64,000 nt of DNA from an uncultured Planctomycetota bacterium (GTDB taxonomy: Bacteria; Planctomycetota; Planctomycetia; Isosphaerales; Isosphaeraceae), in NCBI GenBank assembly GCA_963737655.1, contig CAVTTN010000002.1:7424001-7488000 (forward strand), in the 5' to 3' direction. The position numbers and the translations under genes are program-made. Of the stretch, positions 23,198-32,447 are shown in pieces. The notes beneath the pieces are model-generated. The model did not search any database. It saw only the letters and a list, made by a program, of their open reading frames with translations, and was not told where the DNA came from. How positions within the stretch are numbered: position 1 is the first letter of the stretch; every line of letters begins with the position of its first letter.

Positions 23198-24535
23198 ATG
23201 GAGCTGGATCGCGTCTTCGTCTTCGCGACCGCGACGGTCATCCTCGGCCTGGTCGCCTCGAAGGTCCTTCGCAAGGGGTTCGACCCGTTCGAGCCGGTGT
23301 ACCTGTTCCTCGCCGGCTACCTCCAGCTTTACGTGGTCCAGGCGATCTCCTATCGCGAGTACGCGCTCCGGGCTCGTGGCGAGGAGGTCGTCACGGCCGC
23401 GAATTTCCGGGCGTTCTGGGCCTTGCTGGTGTTCCTCGGCGCGTATTACAGCGGGCTGGGCAAGAGGCTGGCGGCCTTCCTGCCGAAGGCGCCCCGGGGC
23501 TGGTCGCCGGGGTTCGCGGGCCTGGTCTCGCCGTTCCTGGTCCTCTGGGGCCTGGTCTGCTCGGTGATTACCCTGAGGGCCGGGACGATCGGCGTGGAGG
23601 ACGGCTACTTCGTCCAGTTCCCGATGATGATGCTGGTCGGCGGCGTGATGCTGCTGGTCACGGGGCGGCAGGAGGGGCAGTCGCGACCGCTGATGACGGC
23701 GGCCGGGGTGGCGATCACGGCCGGCTACAGCCTGATCTGGATGTTCAACGCGAAGCGGTCCCACGCGCTGTTCGGCATCCTCGCGGGCGTGAGTGCGTTC
23801 TATCTTCCTCGATACCGGCGGCCGTCGCTGCCGGTCCTGGCCGGGACGGGCCTGGCCTGCGTGATGGCCGTGGCCCTGGCCATCGGCTGGCGGGGGACCG
23901 ACCGCTACGAGCAGACGCTCTCGGGCTTCGGCCAGTACCTCTCGGAGTTCCGCCTCGCCTCGGTCCTGGAGAGCCTGAACATGGCCGATCGGTCGTGGGA
24001 GCAGTCGGCCGGGGACGAGCCGGTCAGCAAGGAGACCGAGGAGATGGGCGGGTTCCTCCTGATGATGGCGACGGTCCCCGAGAAGTCCCCCTACGACTAT
24101 GGCGCCTCGTACCTGCGGATCTTCAGCACGTTCATCCCCCGCCCCCTCTGGCCCGACAAGCCGCTGTACGGACGGGAGGAGTGGATCTCCGCGTGGAAGG
24201 CGGGCTCGGAGAGGCCCCGGGAGGACAACTTCACCGGCCCGGCCATCGGCCTCCTCGGCGCCACCCAGCTCAACGGCGGGGGGATCGCCACGGCCATCGT
24301 CCTGGCCGCCCTGGGCCTCATGGTCCGGACCGCCTACGACTATTACCGCTTCCACGCCGATTGCCCGTGGGCCCAGGTCTGGTGGTCGGTGACCTATTTC
24401 AACGCCTGGCTGATGACCGCGAACGACGATCCGTTCGTCTGGTTTTACTACGTGTACGGCTTCAGCGTCCTGCCGCCGATGGCGGCCCTGTGGATGTATT
24501 TCCGCCTGGCGACGCCCCGAGACGGCCTCGCCTGA
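23198..24535 (+). CDS. Wzy-like polysaccharide repeat-unit polymerase
   Basis: About 10 TM segments, YDYG-x-SY...FIPRPLWPDKP loop motif; located among glycosyltransferase genes. Confidence 0.7.
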   Translation: MELDRVFVFATATVILGLVASKVLRKGFDPFEPVYLFLAGYLQLYVVQAISYREYALRARGEEVVTAANFRAFWALLVFLGAYYSGLGKRLAAFLPKAPRGWSPGFAGLVSPFLVLWGLVCSVITLRAGTIGVEDGYFVQFPMMMLVGGVMLLVTGRQEGQSRPLMTAAGVAITAGYSLIWMFNAKRSHALFGILAGVSAFYLPRYRRPSLPVLAGTGLACVMAVALAIGWRGTDRYEQTLSGFGQYLSEFRLASVLESLNMADRSWEQSAGDEPVSKETEEMGGFLLMMATVPEKSPYDYGASYLRIFSTFIPRPLWPDKPLYGREEWISAWKAGSERPREDNFTGPAIGLLGATQLNGGGIATAIVLAALGLMVRTAYDYYRFHADCPWAQVWWSVTYFNAWLMTANDDPFVWFYYVYGFSVLPPMAALWMYFRLATPRDGLA

Positions 24536-24571
24536 AACGACCGCATCGACCGACCCGCCGAGGATGGACCC

Positions 24572-25774
24572 GTGAGGCTCAAGCTCGCCATCGCCTTCAC
24601 GAATTTCGGCCCGTACCACCTCGCCCGGCTCCGGGCCCTGGGGGCGCGGCTCCTCCGCGACGGGGGCTCGCTCGTGGCCCACGAGATGGCCGGCTCCGAG
24701 AGGCTCTATCCCTGGTCGGTCGCCCGTCGTCACGAGTCCTTTTCCGGCGCGACCCTGTTTCCCGATCGCGCGATCGAGGACGTCCCGGCCGCCCAGTGCC
24801 GGGCCGCGATCACAGAGGCCCTGGACCGCGACGACCCGGACGCCGTCGCCATCTGCGGGTACAGCCGGCCCGAGTCGATGGCCGCCCTGCGATGGGCCGA
24901 GCGTCGTCGTCGGCCCGCCATCCTGATGTCCGAATCGCAGGAGATCGACCATCCCCGGCTCTGGTGGAAGGAGACGCTCAAGGCGAGGCGGGTCCGGCGG
25001 TTCTCGGCGGCCCTGGTCGGCGGGCCGAGCCATCGCGAGTATCTCGCCTCGCTCGGAATTCCGGCCAAAAAGGTTGCGTTGGGGTACAACGCCGTCGATA
25101 ATGACGCCTATTTAGAGATGGTCGAGGCCCACCGGCGTTCCCCCGCCGGTCGGAGCGGTTTGCCGAACCGTCGGTACTTTCTCGCGGTCAGCCGGTTGGT
25201 CCCGGAAAAGAACCTGGTCGGCCTGGTCCGGGCCTTTGCGTCGTATCGTCGCGAGGTTGGCGAGGAAACGGCGTGGGACCTGGCGGTCTGCGGAGGGGGG
25301 CCGGGCGAGGCGGACCTGGCGGCGGCGGTTCGAGAATCGGGGGTGGACGAGGCCGTCCATCGCCCGGGGTTCCTCCAGGAATCGGAGCTTTCGCGATGGT
25401 ACGCGTACGCCTCGGGGTTCGTGCATCCGAGCCTCCTGGAGCCGTGGGGCCTGGTGGTGAACGAGGCGGCGGCGAGCGGGCTGCCCTTGCTGGTCAGCCG
25501 GAGGGCCGGGTGTGCCCGAACGCTCGTGCCGGACCCGCCCGGGACGTCGGGGACGACGTTCGACCCGACCGACGAATCGGCGATCGCCCGGGCCCTGACC
25601 TGGCTCGCGACGATGCCGGAGACCCGGAGGGCGGCCATGGGCCGGAGGGCGGCGGAGATCGCCTCCTCGTGGGGCCCGGATCGGTTTGCGGAGGGGATGA
25701 TGGAGGCCCTGGACCTCGCCAGGTCGGCGGGGTCGGGCCAACCGAAGACGGTTTCCGGAGGGTCCCGACGATGA
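24572..25774 (+). CDS. Glycosyltransferase family 4
   Basis: FGPYHLARL, SRLVPEKN, HPSLLEPWGLVVNEAAASGLP. Confidence 0.92.
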   Translation: MRLKLAIAFTNFGPYHLARLRALGARLLRDGGSLVAHEMAGSERLYPWSVARRHESFSGATLFPDRAIEDVPAAQCRAAITEALDRDDPDAVAICGYSRPESMAALRWAERRRRPAILMSESQEIDHPRLWWKETLKARRVRRFSAALVGGPSHREYLASLGIPAKKVALGYNAVDNDAYLEMVEAHRRSPAGRSGLPNRRYFLAVSRLVPEKNLVGLVRAFASYRREVGEETAWDLAVCGGGPGEADLAAAVRESGVDEAVHRPGFLQESELSRWYAYASGFVHPSLLEPWGLVVNEAAASGLPLLVSRRAGCARTLVPDPPGTSGTTFDPTDESAIARALTWLATMPETRRAAMGRRAAEIASSWGPDRFAEGMMEALDLARSAGSGQPKTVSGGSRR

Positions 25775-26969
25775 GCGTCCTGGCGATTCGTCCGCAATCG
25801 GCGAGGCCGTCGCGGCCCGCCTCCGGTGGCTGCGTCCACCTCTGCAACGGCCTGGACCCGATCCGCGACGGCGGGATGGTGCCGAGCATCCTGGGGATGG
25901 TCGGCGCCCTGGCCTCGCGGGGCGAGACGGTGGGGATCGTCACCCCGTCGCCGTCGAGGCTCGAGGATTCCGAGCTGCCTCCCGGAGTCGATCTGTTCGG
26001 GCCCGAGACCGACCTGGAGGCCTCGGTCCGCGAGGCCGGGGTGGTCCACCTCCACGGCCTCTGGCAGGGCCACACCCGCCGGGGCGCCCGGACCGCCCGC
26101 AAGGCCGGCGTGCCGTACCTGATCGCCGCCCACGGGATGGCCGATCCCTGGGCGATCCGCCACAAGGCCCTGAAGAAGGCCCTGTATCGTGCCGTGATCG
26201 AGGGGACCAACCTCCGACGGGCCGCCTGCCTCCACGCCCTGACCATCCCCGAGGTCGGCCACCTCCGCGCCCTGGCGCCGAAGGCCCCGGTGGCGCTAGT
26301 GCCCAACGGCGTGGACCTCTCGACCTTCGAGGCCCTCCCGCCCCGAAGCGTCCTCGAAGCCGAGTGTCCCGAACTTCGCGGCAAGACCATCCTGCTGTTC
26401 TTCTCCCGAATCCACAAGAAAAAGGGCCTGGACTTGCTGATGCCGGCCCTGGCCGGGATCGCCCGGGACCATCCCGACGCCCATCTGGTGATGGCCGGGC
26501 AGGACCAGGGGGCCCTGGGGCCGACCCTGGAGCAGGCCGACGCCCTGGGGATTCGCGACCGGGTCACCTACCTCGGCCACGTCTCGGGCGAGCGGGCCCG
26601 GGCGGTCTGGGGGGCCGCCGATGCGTTCGTCCTGCCCAGCTATTCCGAAGGGTTCAGCATGGCCGTCCTGGAGGCCCTGGCGGCGAGGAAACCGGTGCTG
26701 ATCACCTCGGCCTGCCACTTCCCCAGGCTCGCCTCGGCCTGGGGCGGGATCGTCGTCGAGCCGACCGCCGAGGACGTGGCCCTGGGCCTCCGCGACCTCT
26801 TCGAGATGGACCCCGCCGAACGCGCCGAGCTGGCCAAACGGGGCCGGGCCCTGGTCGAATCCCGATTCACCTGGGACCACGCCGCCCGGAGGCTCGCCGA
26901 GGTCTACGACTGGCTCCGGGGCGGGGGCCCCGGCCCGAGGCCGTCCGGGAAGCGGAGGAATCCCACTAG
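25771..26969 (+). CDS. Glycosyltransferase family 4 (frameshift ~26925)
   Basis: HLHGLW, HGM, VPNGVD, SRIHKKKG, LPSYSEGFSMAVLEALAA. Likely end ...RPEAVREAEESH* at 26969 after a frameshift in a G-run. Confidence 0.88.
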
Positions 26970-26992
26970 GGCTCCGGCTCTCCTGCCTCGTC

Positions 26993-27228
26993 GGGTGGCA
27001 TGCTTACGTCTTCGTCAGCATGAGTTTGGTTCGAGCGTGACCGAGGACATGCTGACGAGGATGTCACGCGACACGAAGTTATACCCCCTGAATTGTTCGA
27101 CAATTTCAAGGGCCTTCGGACGCAACCGACGATCTTTCAAGCGTTTATACGAAGAAACGCCTGAAAATACAATCGCGGCGCGGGGGTATAACTTCGTGTC
27201 GCGTGACAAGGACGTAAGCATGCCACCC
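26993..27228. repeat. Inverted pair of GGGTGGCATG-type REP-like palindromes (second copy interrupted by a MITE)
   Basis: GGGTGGCATGCTTACGTCTTCGTCAGCATG ... CATGCTGACG[AGGA+insert]AGGACGTAAGCATGCCACCC; a related copy lies at 52827-52971. Confidence 0.85.
27062..27208. mobile_element. 147-bp non-autonomous MITE with perfect 27-bp TIRs and 4-bp target-site duplication (AGGA)
   Basis: TGTCACGCGACACGAAGTTATACCCCC (27062-27088) and its exact reverse complement (27182-27208); AGGA at 27058-27061 and 27209-27212; AT-richer interior. Confidence 0.88.
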
Positions 27229-27314
27229 AATCCTCTCTTCCGCACGTCTGGAGGGGAAGTCGGACGCTCAGGACGGAGACCTCCGTTCAACATTTTTCGA
27301 TGGAGCCGTCAAGG

Positions 27315-28265
27315 ATGACCACCCTCGCCGCCTCGCCGACCTCGACATCGACCTCCGCCTCCTCGACCCGGCGCGCCCCGATCAGCGTGCTGATCCCCGC
27401 GAAGAACGAGGCCGAGAACCTCCGCCGATGCCTTCCCGCCCTGTCGTGGGCCGACGAGGTGTTCGTCGTCGATAGCGGCAGCACCGACGACACGGCGGCC
27501 GTCGCCGAGTCGTTCGGCGCGAAGGTCGTCCCGTTCCGCTTCAACGGGGTCTATCCCAAGAAGAAGAACTGGGCGCTCGATCATCTCCCGTTCGCGAACG
27601 AATGGGTGCTGATCGTCGACGCCGACGAGGTCGTCCCGCCCGAGCTGGCCGAGGAGATCGCCCGGCGGACCGCGTCGGGCGAGGCGGACGGCTTCTATCT
27701 GAACATGAAATACTACTTCCTCGGCCGGCGGATCCGGCATTGCGGCTACTCCGAGGCGTGGAACCTCCGCCTCTTCCGCCACCGGCTGGGCCGGTACGAA
27801 AAAATGCCCGTGACGCCCGGCTCCCGGACCGGCGACAACGAGGCTCACGAACACGTGATCCTCGACGGCACCGTCAAGCGATTGGCCCACGAGCTCGACC
27901 ACTTCGCCTATCCGTCGCTGTCGGTCTGGGTCGAGAAGCACGACCGCTACGCCTCGTGGGAGGCGGAGATGTACGAACGGTTCCTCCGCGAGCCGGCGCC
28001 GGCCGGGATCGGCCGGGGGAAGCGGTTCAAGCGGGGATTGAAACGGGTCTATTTACGCCTGCCGATGCGGCCGCTTGTTCGGTTTATTTATGCGTACATC
28101 TTCCGGCTCGGGTTCCTGGACGGGATGCCGGGCCTGGCGTTCTGCACGCTCCTGGGATTCTATGATTTCCTGTGCTGGGCGAAGGTCTATGAGAGGCGCC
28201 TGGCGGGGTCGGGCCGGAGCCTCGGCCGGACGGCCGGGCAATCGGAGGCCAGCGCGTTGCGGTAG
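27315..28265 (+). CDS. Glycosyltransferase family 2
   Basis: ISVLIPAKNE, VVDSGSTD, KKNWAL, WVLIVDADE. Confidence 0.92.
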   Translation: MTTLAASPTSTSTSASSTRRAPISVLIPAKNEAENLRRCLPALSWADEVFVVDSGSTDDTAAVAESFGAKVVPFRFNGVYPKKKNWALDHLPFANEWVLIVDADEVVPPELAEEIARRTASGEADGFYLNMKYYFLGRRIRHCGYSEAWNLRLFRHRLGRYEKMPVTPGSRTGDNEAHEHVILDGTVKRLAHELDHFAYPSLSVWVEKHDRYASWEAEMYERFLREPAPAGIGRGKRFKRGLKRVYLRLPMRPLVRFIYAYIFRLGFLDGMPGLAFCTLLGFYDFLCWAKVYERRLAGSGRSLGRTAGQSEASALR

Positions 28266-29257
28266 AGCTCGGCCAGGGCGGCGGCCTCGGCCCGGGGCGA
28301 GAAGTCGCGATCGATCCGCCCTCGGCCGCGGGCGCCCAGGCCGAGCGCGGCGTCCGGGTCGGCCAGGAGTTCCCGGATCGCCAGGGCGAGCGCCTCGGGG
28401 TCTCCGGGAGGGACGAGCCGGCCTTCCTCGCCGGTCGTGAACCAGTCGCGGAGGCCGGGGACGTCCGAGGCGATGGTGGGGACGCCTTGGGCCATCGCCC
28501 GGCCGACGCTCCGGCCCGAGGCGGGGATTCGCGACGGGTGGCAGAACACGTCCAGGACGCCCCAGACGATCCGGGAGGCGTCCGGGCCCTCGGCGAAGGT
28601 CATCCGGTCGGCCAGCCCGAGCCCTTCGGCCAGCCTCCGGGGGCCGGCGCCCCCTCCCCGGACGGCCAAAACGAACTCGGCGTCGATCCCCGAGTCGCGG
28701 ATCGCCCGGGCGGCCTGGAGGAACGTCGCCAGGCCCGAGCCCGGGCCGGGGCCGCAGTCGGCGCCGATCACCGGGACGGTCAGCCTCGACCTCGCCGGAG
28801 AGTCCTCGGGGGACCGGGCGATCCCCGGGGGGATCGTCGCCACGGCCCTCGCCGGCAGGCCCAGGGAGCGAATCAAGTCCTCCGCCAATGCCGGGCCGGG
28901 GGCGATCACCCCCCGGCACAGGGCCCGGCCCAGGCGGAGGCTCGCCCCGGGGGGGAGGAACTCCTCGACCGTGACCACATAGGGCACCCCCCAGCGGTCG
29001 GACAGCTCCAGGGCCGTCTCCGCCGAGGCGATCCCCAGGGCATGAAGGAGCCCGGGCCTCTCGGCCTCCCGGAGGGCGAACCGGCGGGCGGTCCAGGCCC
29101 GGCCCCACCGACCGCCGAACGGCGGGTCGGGCACGACGATCGCTCGCGCCACGATCCCGCGATCGGCGAGCAACCCGGCCAGGATCGCCGTCGAGCCCGG
29201 CTCGTCCCCTTCCAGCGCGCCCGGGACCAGGCCGACGGTGCCGCTCGTCTCCGCCAT
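28187..29257 (-). CDS. GT4-fold protein with degenerate donor-binding motif
   Basis: TIPPGI, DVFCHPS...AMAQGVPTIASDVPG, GRLVPPGDPEALA; the EX7E glutamates are absent. Confidence 0.75.
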   Translation of the reverse strand: MAETSGTVGLVPGALEGDEPGSTAILAGLLADRGIVARAIVVPDPPFGGRWGRAWTARRFALREAERPGLLHALGIASAETALELSDRWGVPYVVTVEEFLPPGASLRLGRALCRGVIAPGPALAEDLIRSLGLPARAVATIPPGIARSPEDSPARSRLTVPVIGADCGPGPGSGLATFLQAARAIRDSGIDAEFVLAVRGGGAGPRRLAEGLGLADRMTFAEGPDASRIVWGVLDVFCHPSRIPASGRSVGRAMAQGVPTIASDVPGLRDWFTTGEEGRLVPPGDPEALALAIRELLADPDAALGLGARGRGRIDRDFSPRAEAAALAELYRNALASDCPAVRPRLRPDPARRLS

Positions 29258-29504
29258 GACGGGCCCTCCTCGGCCGACCGTTCCTAACAGATCGGGACCG
29301 ATCGGGACAGGGGAATTCGCCGAGGCCGCGACCTCCGGACCGCCGGATAACCGGCCCGGCGATTCCTCGGACCGGAGGGGGTCCGCCCTATGGGAGGCCC
29401 GACCCTCGGGCTATACTCGAACCGCTTCGGCTCCGCGCCGTCGGCGGCGTCCTTTCGGCTCGGGAGCCCCGTCCCCCATCGAATCCGGTGCCCAAGGGTC
29501 GCGC

Positions 29505-30479
29505 ATGAATCTTTCCCAGACGGCCGAGCTCCCTCCGTCCCCGACGGCCACGCGAGACGCGTTGAATCGTCTCCTCCAGAATATCGGGACGGTCGTCCTG
29601 GGGAAGCCCGACGTGATCCGCCTGGCCGTCGTCGCCCTGCTGGCCGAGGGTCATCTCCTGATCGAGGACGTCCCCGGGGTAGGCAAGACCTTGCTGGCCC
29701 GCGCGATCGCCGCGAGCATCGATTGCACCTTCCGCCGCCTCCAGTTCACGCCCGACCTGCTGCCGTCGGACATCCTCGGCTCCAGCGTCTACAATACCGC
29801 CACCGGCGAGTTCGTGTACAAGAAGGGCCCGATCTTCGCCAACGTGATCCTCGCCGACGAGATCAACCGGACCACCCCGAGGACCCAGAGCGCCCTGCTC
29901 GAAGCCATGAGCGACGGCCAGGTCTCCGTCGAGGGGAAGACCCACGTCCTGGAGCCGCCGTTCCTGGTCCTGGCCACGCAGAACCCCTACGAATTCGAGG
30001 GGACTTACGTCCTCCCCGAGAGCCAGCTCGACCGCTTCATGATCCGCATCCGCATGGGCTACCCGATGCGATCCGAGGAGCGAGACATCCTCACCAGCCA
30101 CCGCCGGGGGGAGCCGGTCGAGCACCTCAGCCCGGTCCTGACCTCCCAGGAAGTGCTCGACCTGCAACGGGCGGTCCGCGCCGTGAGGGTCGAGGACGCG
30201 ATCGCCGATTACCTGCTCGACCTGGTCCACGCCACCCGGGACAGCGAGGAATTGCACGTCGGCGTGAGCACCCGAGGCGCCCTGACGCTCTATCGGGCCG
30301 CGCAGAGCCTGGCCCTGGTCTCCGGCCGCGATTACGTAGTGCCCGACGACGTGAAATCGCTGGCCGTGCCGGTCCTGGCCCACCGGGTCGTGGGCAAATC
30401 GTTCCTCCAGGCCGGAGAATTCGGCGCCTCCGAGGCGATCATCCGCGACCTGGCCGACCGCCTGCGAGTGCCGGCGTGA
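29505..30479 (+). CDS. moxR: MoxR family AAA+ ATPase
   Basis: HLLIEDVPGVGKT, RLQFTPDLLPSD, LADEINR, QSALLEAM, ATQNP, LPESQLDRF. Confidence 0.95.
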   Translation: MNLSQTAELPPSPTATRDALNRLLQNIGTVVLGKPDVIRLAVVALLAEGHLLIEDVPGVGKTLLARAIAASIDCTFRRLQFTPDLLPSDILGSSVYNTATGEFVYKKGPIFANVILADEINRTTPRTQSALLEAMSDGQVSVEGKTHVLEPPFLVLATQNPYEFEGTYVLPESQLDRFMIRIRMGYPMRSEERDILTSHRRGEPVEHLSPVLTSQEVLDLQRAVRAVRVEDAIADYLLDLVHATRDSEELHVGVSTRGALTLYRAAQSLALVSGRDYVVPDDVKSLAVPVLAHRVVGKSFLQAGEFGASEAIIRDLADRLRVPA

Positions 30480-30522
30480 GGATCATGTACCGACGCGGAC
30501 CCAGGGTGACGAGGAGGGCGAG

Positions 30523-30786
30523 ATGCCGGCGGAAACCACCTATGTCCACGCTCTGGAGCATCTCGCGGACCTTTGCGACGAGGTCGCATCGACCCGCGAA
30601 CCCATCGTGATCCACCGTCCCGGAGCCGAGGACGTCGCCCTGGTCGCGGCCTCGGAGCTTCGCGGCCTGATGGAGACGGCCTACCTGTTGCGCTCGCCCC
30701 GGAACGCCCAACGGCTCCTGAACGCCCTGGACCGCGCGAAGGGCGAAGACCTTCGGCGGGAATTCGATCTCGATCCGGCCCCTTGA
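30523..30786 (+). CDS. Phd/YefM family antitoxin
   Basis: LADLCDEV...REPIVIHR...DVALV...LMETAYLLRSPRNAQRLL is a typical YefM signature. Confidence 0.88.
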   Translation: MPAETTYVHALEHLADLCDEVASTREPIVIHRPGAEDVALVAASELRGLMETAYLLRSPRNAQRLLNALDRAKGEDLRREFDLDPAP

Positions 30787-30932
30787 TCCGAAGAACGAAC
30801 CCCGGCCGCCTCGGGAGGCGTTCTTCCCCGCCGAGTTTCGCGAGGACCTTCGCTTCTGGACCCGGACCGACCGGGAGGTGTGGCACTCCGAATGAATTGC
30901 CCCCGGGAGACGACGACGATGTCCGAGGATGA
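30782..30932 (+). pseudogene. Truncated YoeB/Txe toxin N-terminus joined to a PIN-toxin-like C-terminal remnant
   Basis: Reads EAFFPAEFREDLRFWTRTDREV(ALR), YoeB-like, then stops at 30895; an overlapping frame ends GTPNELPPGDDDDVRG* like the CTPEEL tail of certain PIN proteins. Confidence 0.55.
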
Positions 30933-31110
30933 TGTCTTACGTCCCGTCCGGGCGGTCCGCGAGGAATATTGCCGTCGATTCGATTATGACCTCTCGGCGA
31001 TCGTTCGCGATCTCAAGAGGCAGGAAGAGGCTGGAGGACGACGGGTCGTCCGGCTTCCGCCCCGCGACCCCTTCCCAACAACCGGCGAGTCTCGCCCGAA
31101 GACCGCGTGA
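30919..31110 (+). CDS. Small hypothetical protein of the type usually found after PIN-domain toxins (possible antitoxin)
   Basis: MSEDDVLRPVRAVREEYCRRFDYDLSAIVRDLKRQEEAGGRRVVRLPPR; GGGAG SD upstream. Confidence 0.65.
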   Translation: MSEDDVLRPVRAVREEYCRRFDYDLSAIVRDLKRQEEAGGRRVVRLPPRDPFPTTGESRPKTA

Positions 31111-31157
31111 ATTCCCCCGGCCCTGGCGTCCATCCCTTATCGAGGCCACGCCCCGCG

Positions 31158-32447
31158 ATGCCCACGCCCCCCGCCTTGCGGTCCCTGTGGAAGCTGGCCT
31201 CGTGGAGCCTCAAGCCCAACCAGAGGCTGCGCTGGACCCGCGCCGGGGTGGTCTACCTGGCCGTCTGGCTGCTGCTCCTGACGGCCGGGTTGTATCAGCA
31301 AGTGAACTTGATCTTGCTGGTGGCCGGGATGGCGGCGGGGCCGTTGGTGGCGTCGTTCCTGATCAGCGCGTCGATGCTCCGGAGGGTGAGAGTCGGGCGG
31401 CGGTCGCCTCCTTATGTGTTTTCGGGCGAGCCGCTGACCCTGGATTACTCCCTGGAGAATCGCCGCCGCGCCAACGCGGCGCTGGCGCTGACGATCGAGG
31501 ACGTCCTGGCCCCGTCGGAGCGGTCCGTGCCGGGGGGTTCGCCGGTCTCGCCGATGGTCCGGTTCTCCCGGGTCGCGCCGGGGCAGTGCGCGAGGGTCCG
31601 GTGGCGGGGGCCTTCGCCCGAGAGGGGCCGCTATCGGTTCGGCACCCTGGAGCTGGTCACGCGGTCGCCGTTCGGCCTGATCGAGAGGCGCGACCTGCTG
31701 GAGGAGCCGGCGGAGATCCTCGTCTATCCCCGGGTCGGCCACCTGGCCCGGCGATGGGGCCAGATCCATCGGGAGGCGACCGAGACCCGCCGAGGGACCC
31801 GCCACGACCGATCCGCCCAGCAACAGGAATACCACGGGCTCCGCGAGTATCGACCCGGCGACAGCCCTCGATGGATTCACTGGAGGACCACGGCCCGCAT
31901 CGGCAAGCCGATGGTCAAGGAGTTCGAGCAGCAGAACGACCAGGACCTGGCGATCCTGATCGACCCCTGGCTCCCGCGGACCAAGGCCACCCCCGAGCAG
32001 CGCGAGACGGTGGAAGCGGCGATCCGGTTCGCGGCGACGGTCTGCCTGGAAACCTGCCGCCACACCGGCCGGAGGCTCCTCCTGGGCTGGACCGGCCCGA
32101 CGCCCGAGGTCCGCCAGGGGCCGGCGTCGGTCAAGCTCCTCCACGAGCTCCTGGAGGGGCTGGCGGTGCTCCGGCCGTCGCCCGAGGGGCAGGTCTCCGC
32201 CCTCCTGGACGCCCTGCCTCCGGCGATCATGCGCGAGGCCATGATCGTCCTGATCTCGACCCGTCCGGTCAACCTGGCCGAGGAGGCCGAGAAGACCACG
32301 AGGCTGGCCGGTGCCTCGGCCCGGGGGCTGATCGGCCGGATCCTCCGGCTCGACGCCTCGAGAGGGGACCTCGACGACCTGATCGCCTTCGACGGCCGAC
32401 CGGCCGGCGAGTACGCCCAGCCCCCGGTTGCGGAGGCCCGCCCATGA
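31158..32447 (+). CDS. DUF58 domain-containing protein
   Basis: N-terminal TMs, RGRYRFG, PFGL, ILVYP, EYHGLREYRPGDSPRWIHWRTTAR, MVKEFE. Confidence 0.92.
   Translation: MPTPPALRSLWKLASWSLKPNQRLRWTRAGVVYLAVWLLLLTAGLYQQVNLILLVAGMAAGPLVASFLISASMLRRVRVGRRSPPYVFSGEPLTLDYSLENRRRANAALALTIEDVLAPSERSVPGGSPVSPMVRFSRVAPGQCARVRWRGPSPERGRYRFGTLELVTRSPFGLIERRDLLEEPAEILVYPRVGHLARRWGQIHREATETRRGTRHDRSAQQQEYHGLREYRPGDSPRWIHWRTTARIGKPMVKEFEQQNDQDLAILIDPWLPRTKATPEQRETVEAAIRFAATVCLETCRHTGRRLLLGWTGPTPEVRQGPASVKLLHELLEGLAVLRPSPEGQVSALLDALPPAIMREAMIVLISTRPVNLAEEAEKTTRLAGASARGLIGRILRLDASRGDLDDLIAFDGRPAGEYAQPPVAEARP

Noticed and set aside
25273..27318. 681-aa glycosyltransferase running through the MITE
   Set aside because: Artefact of an upstream open frame plus a 3' frameshift; the likely gene is 25771-26969.
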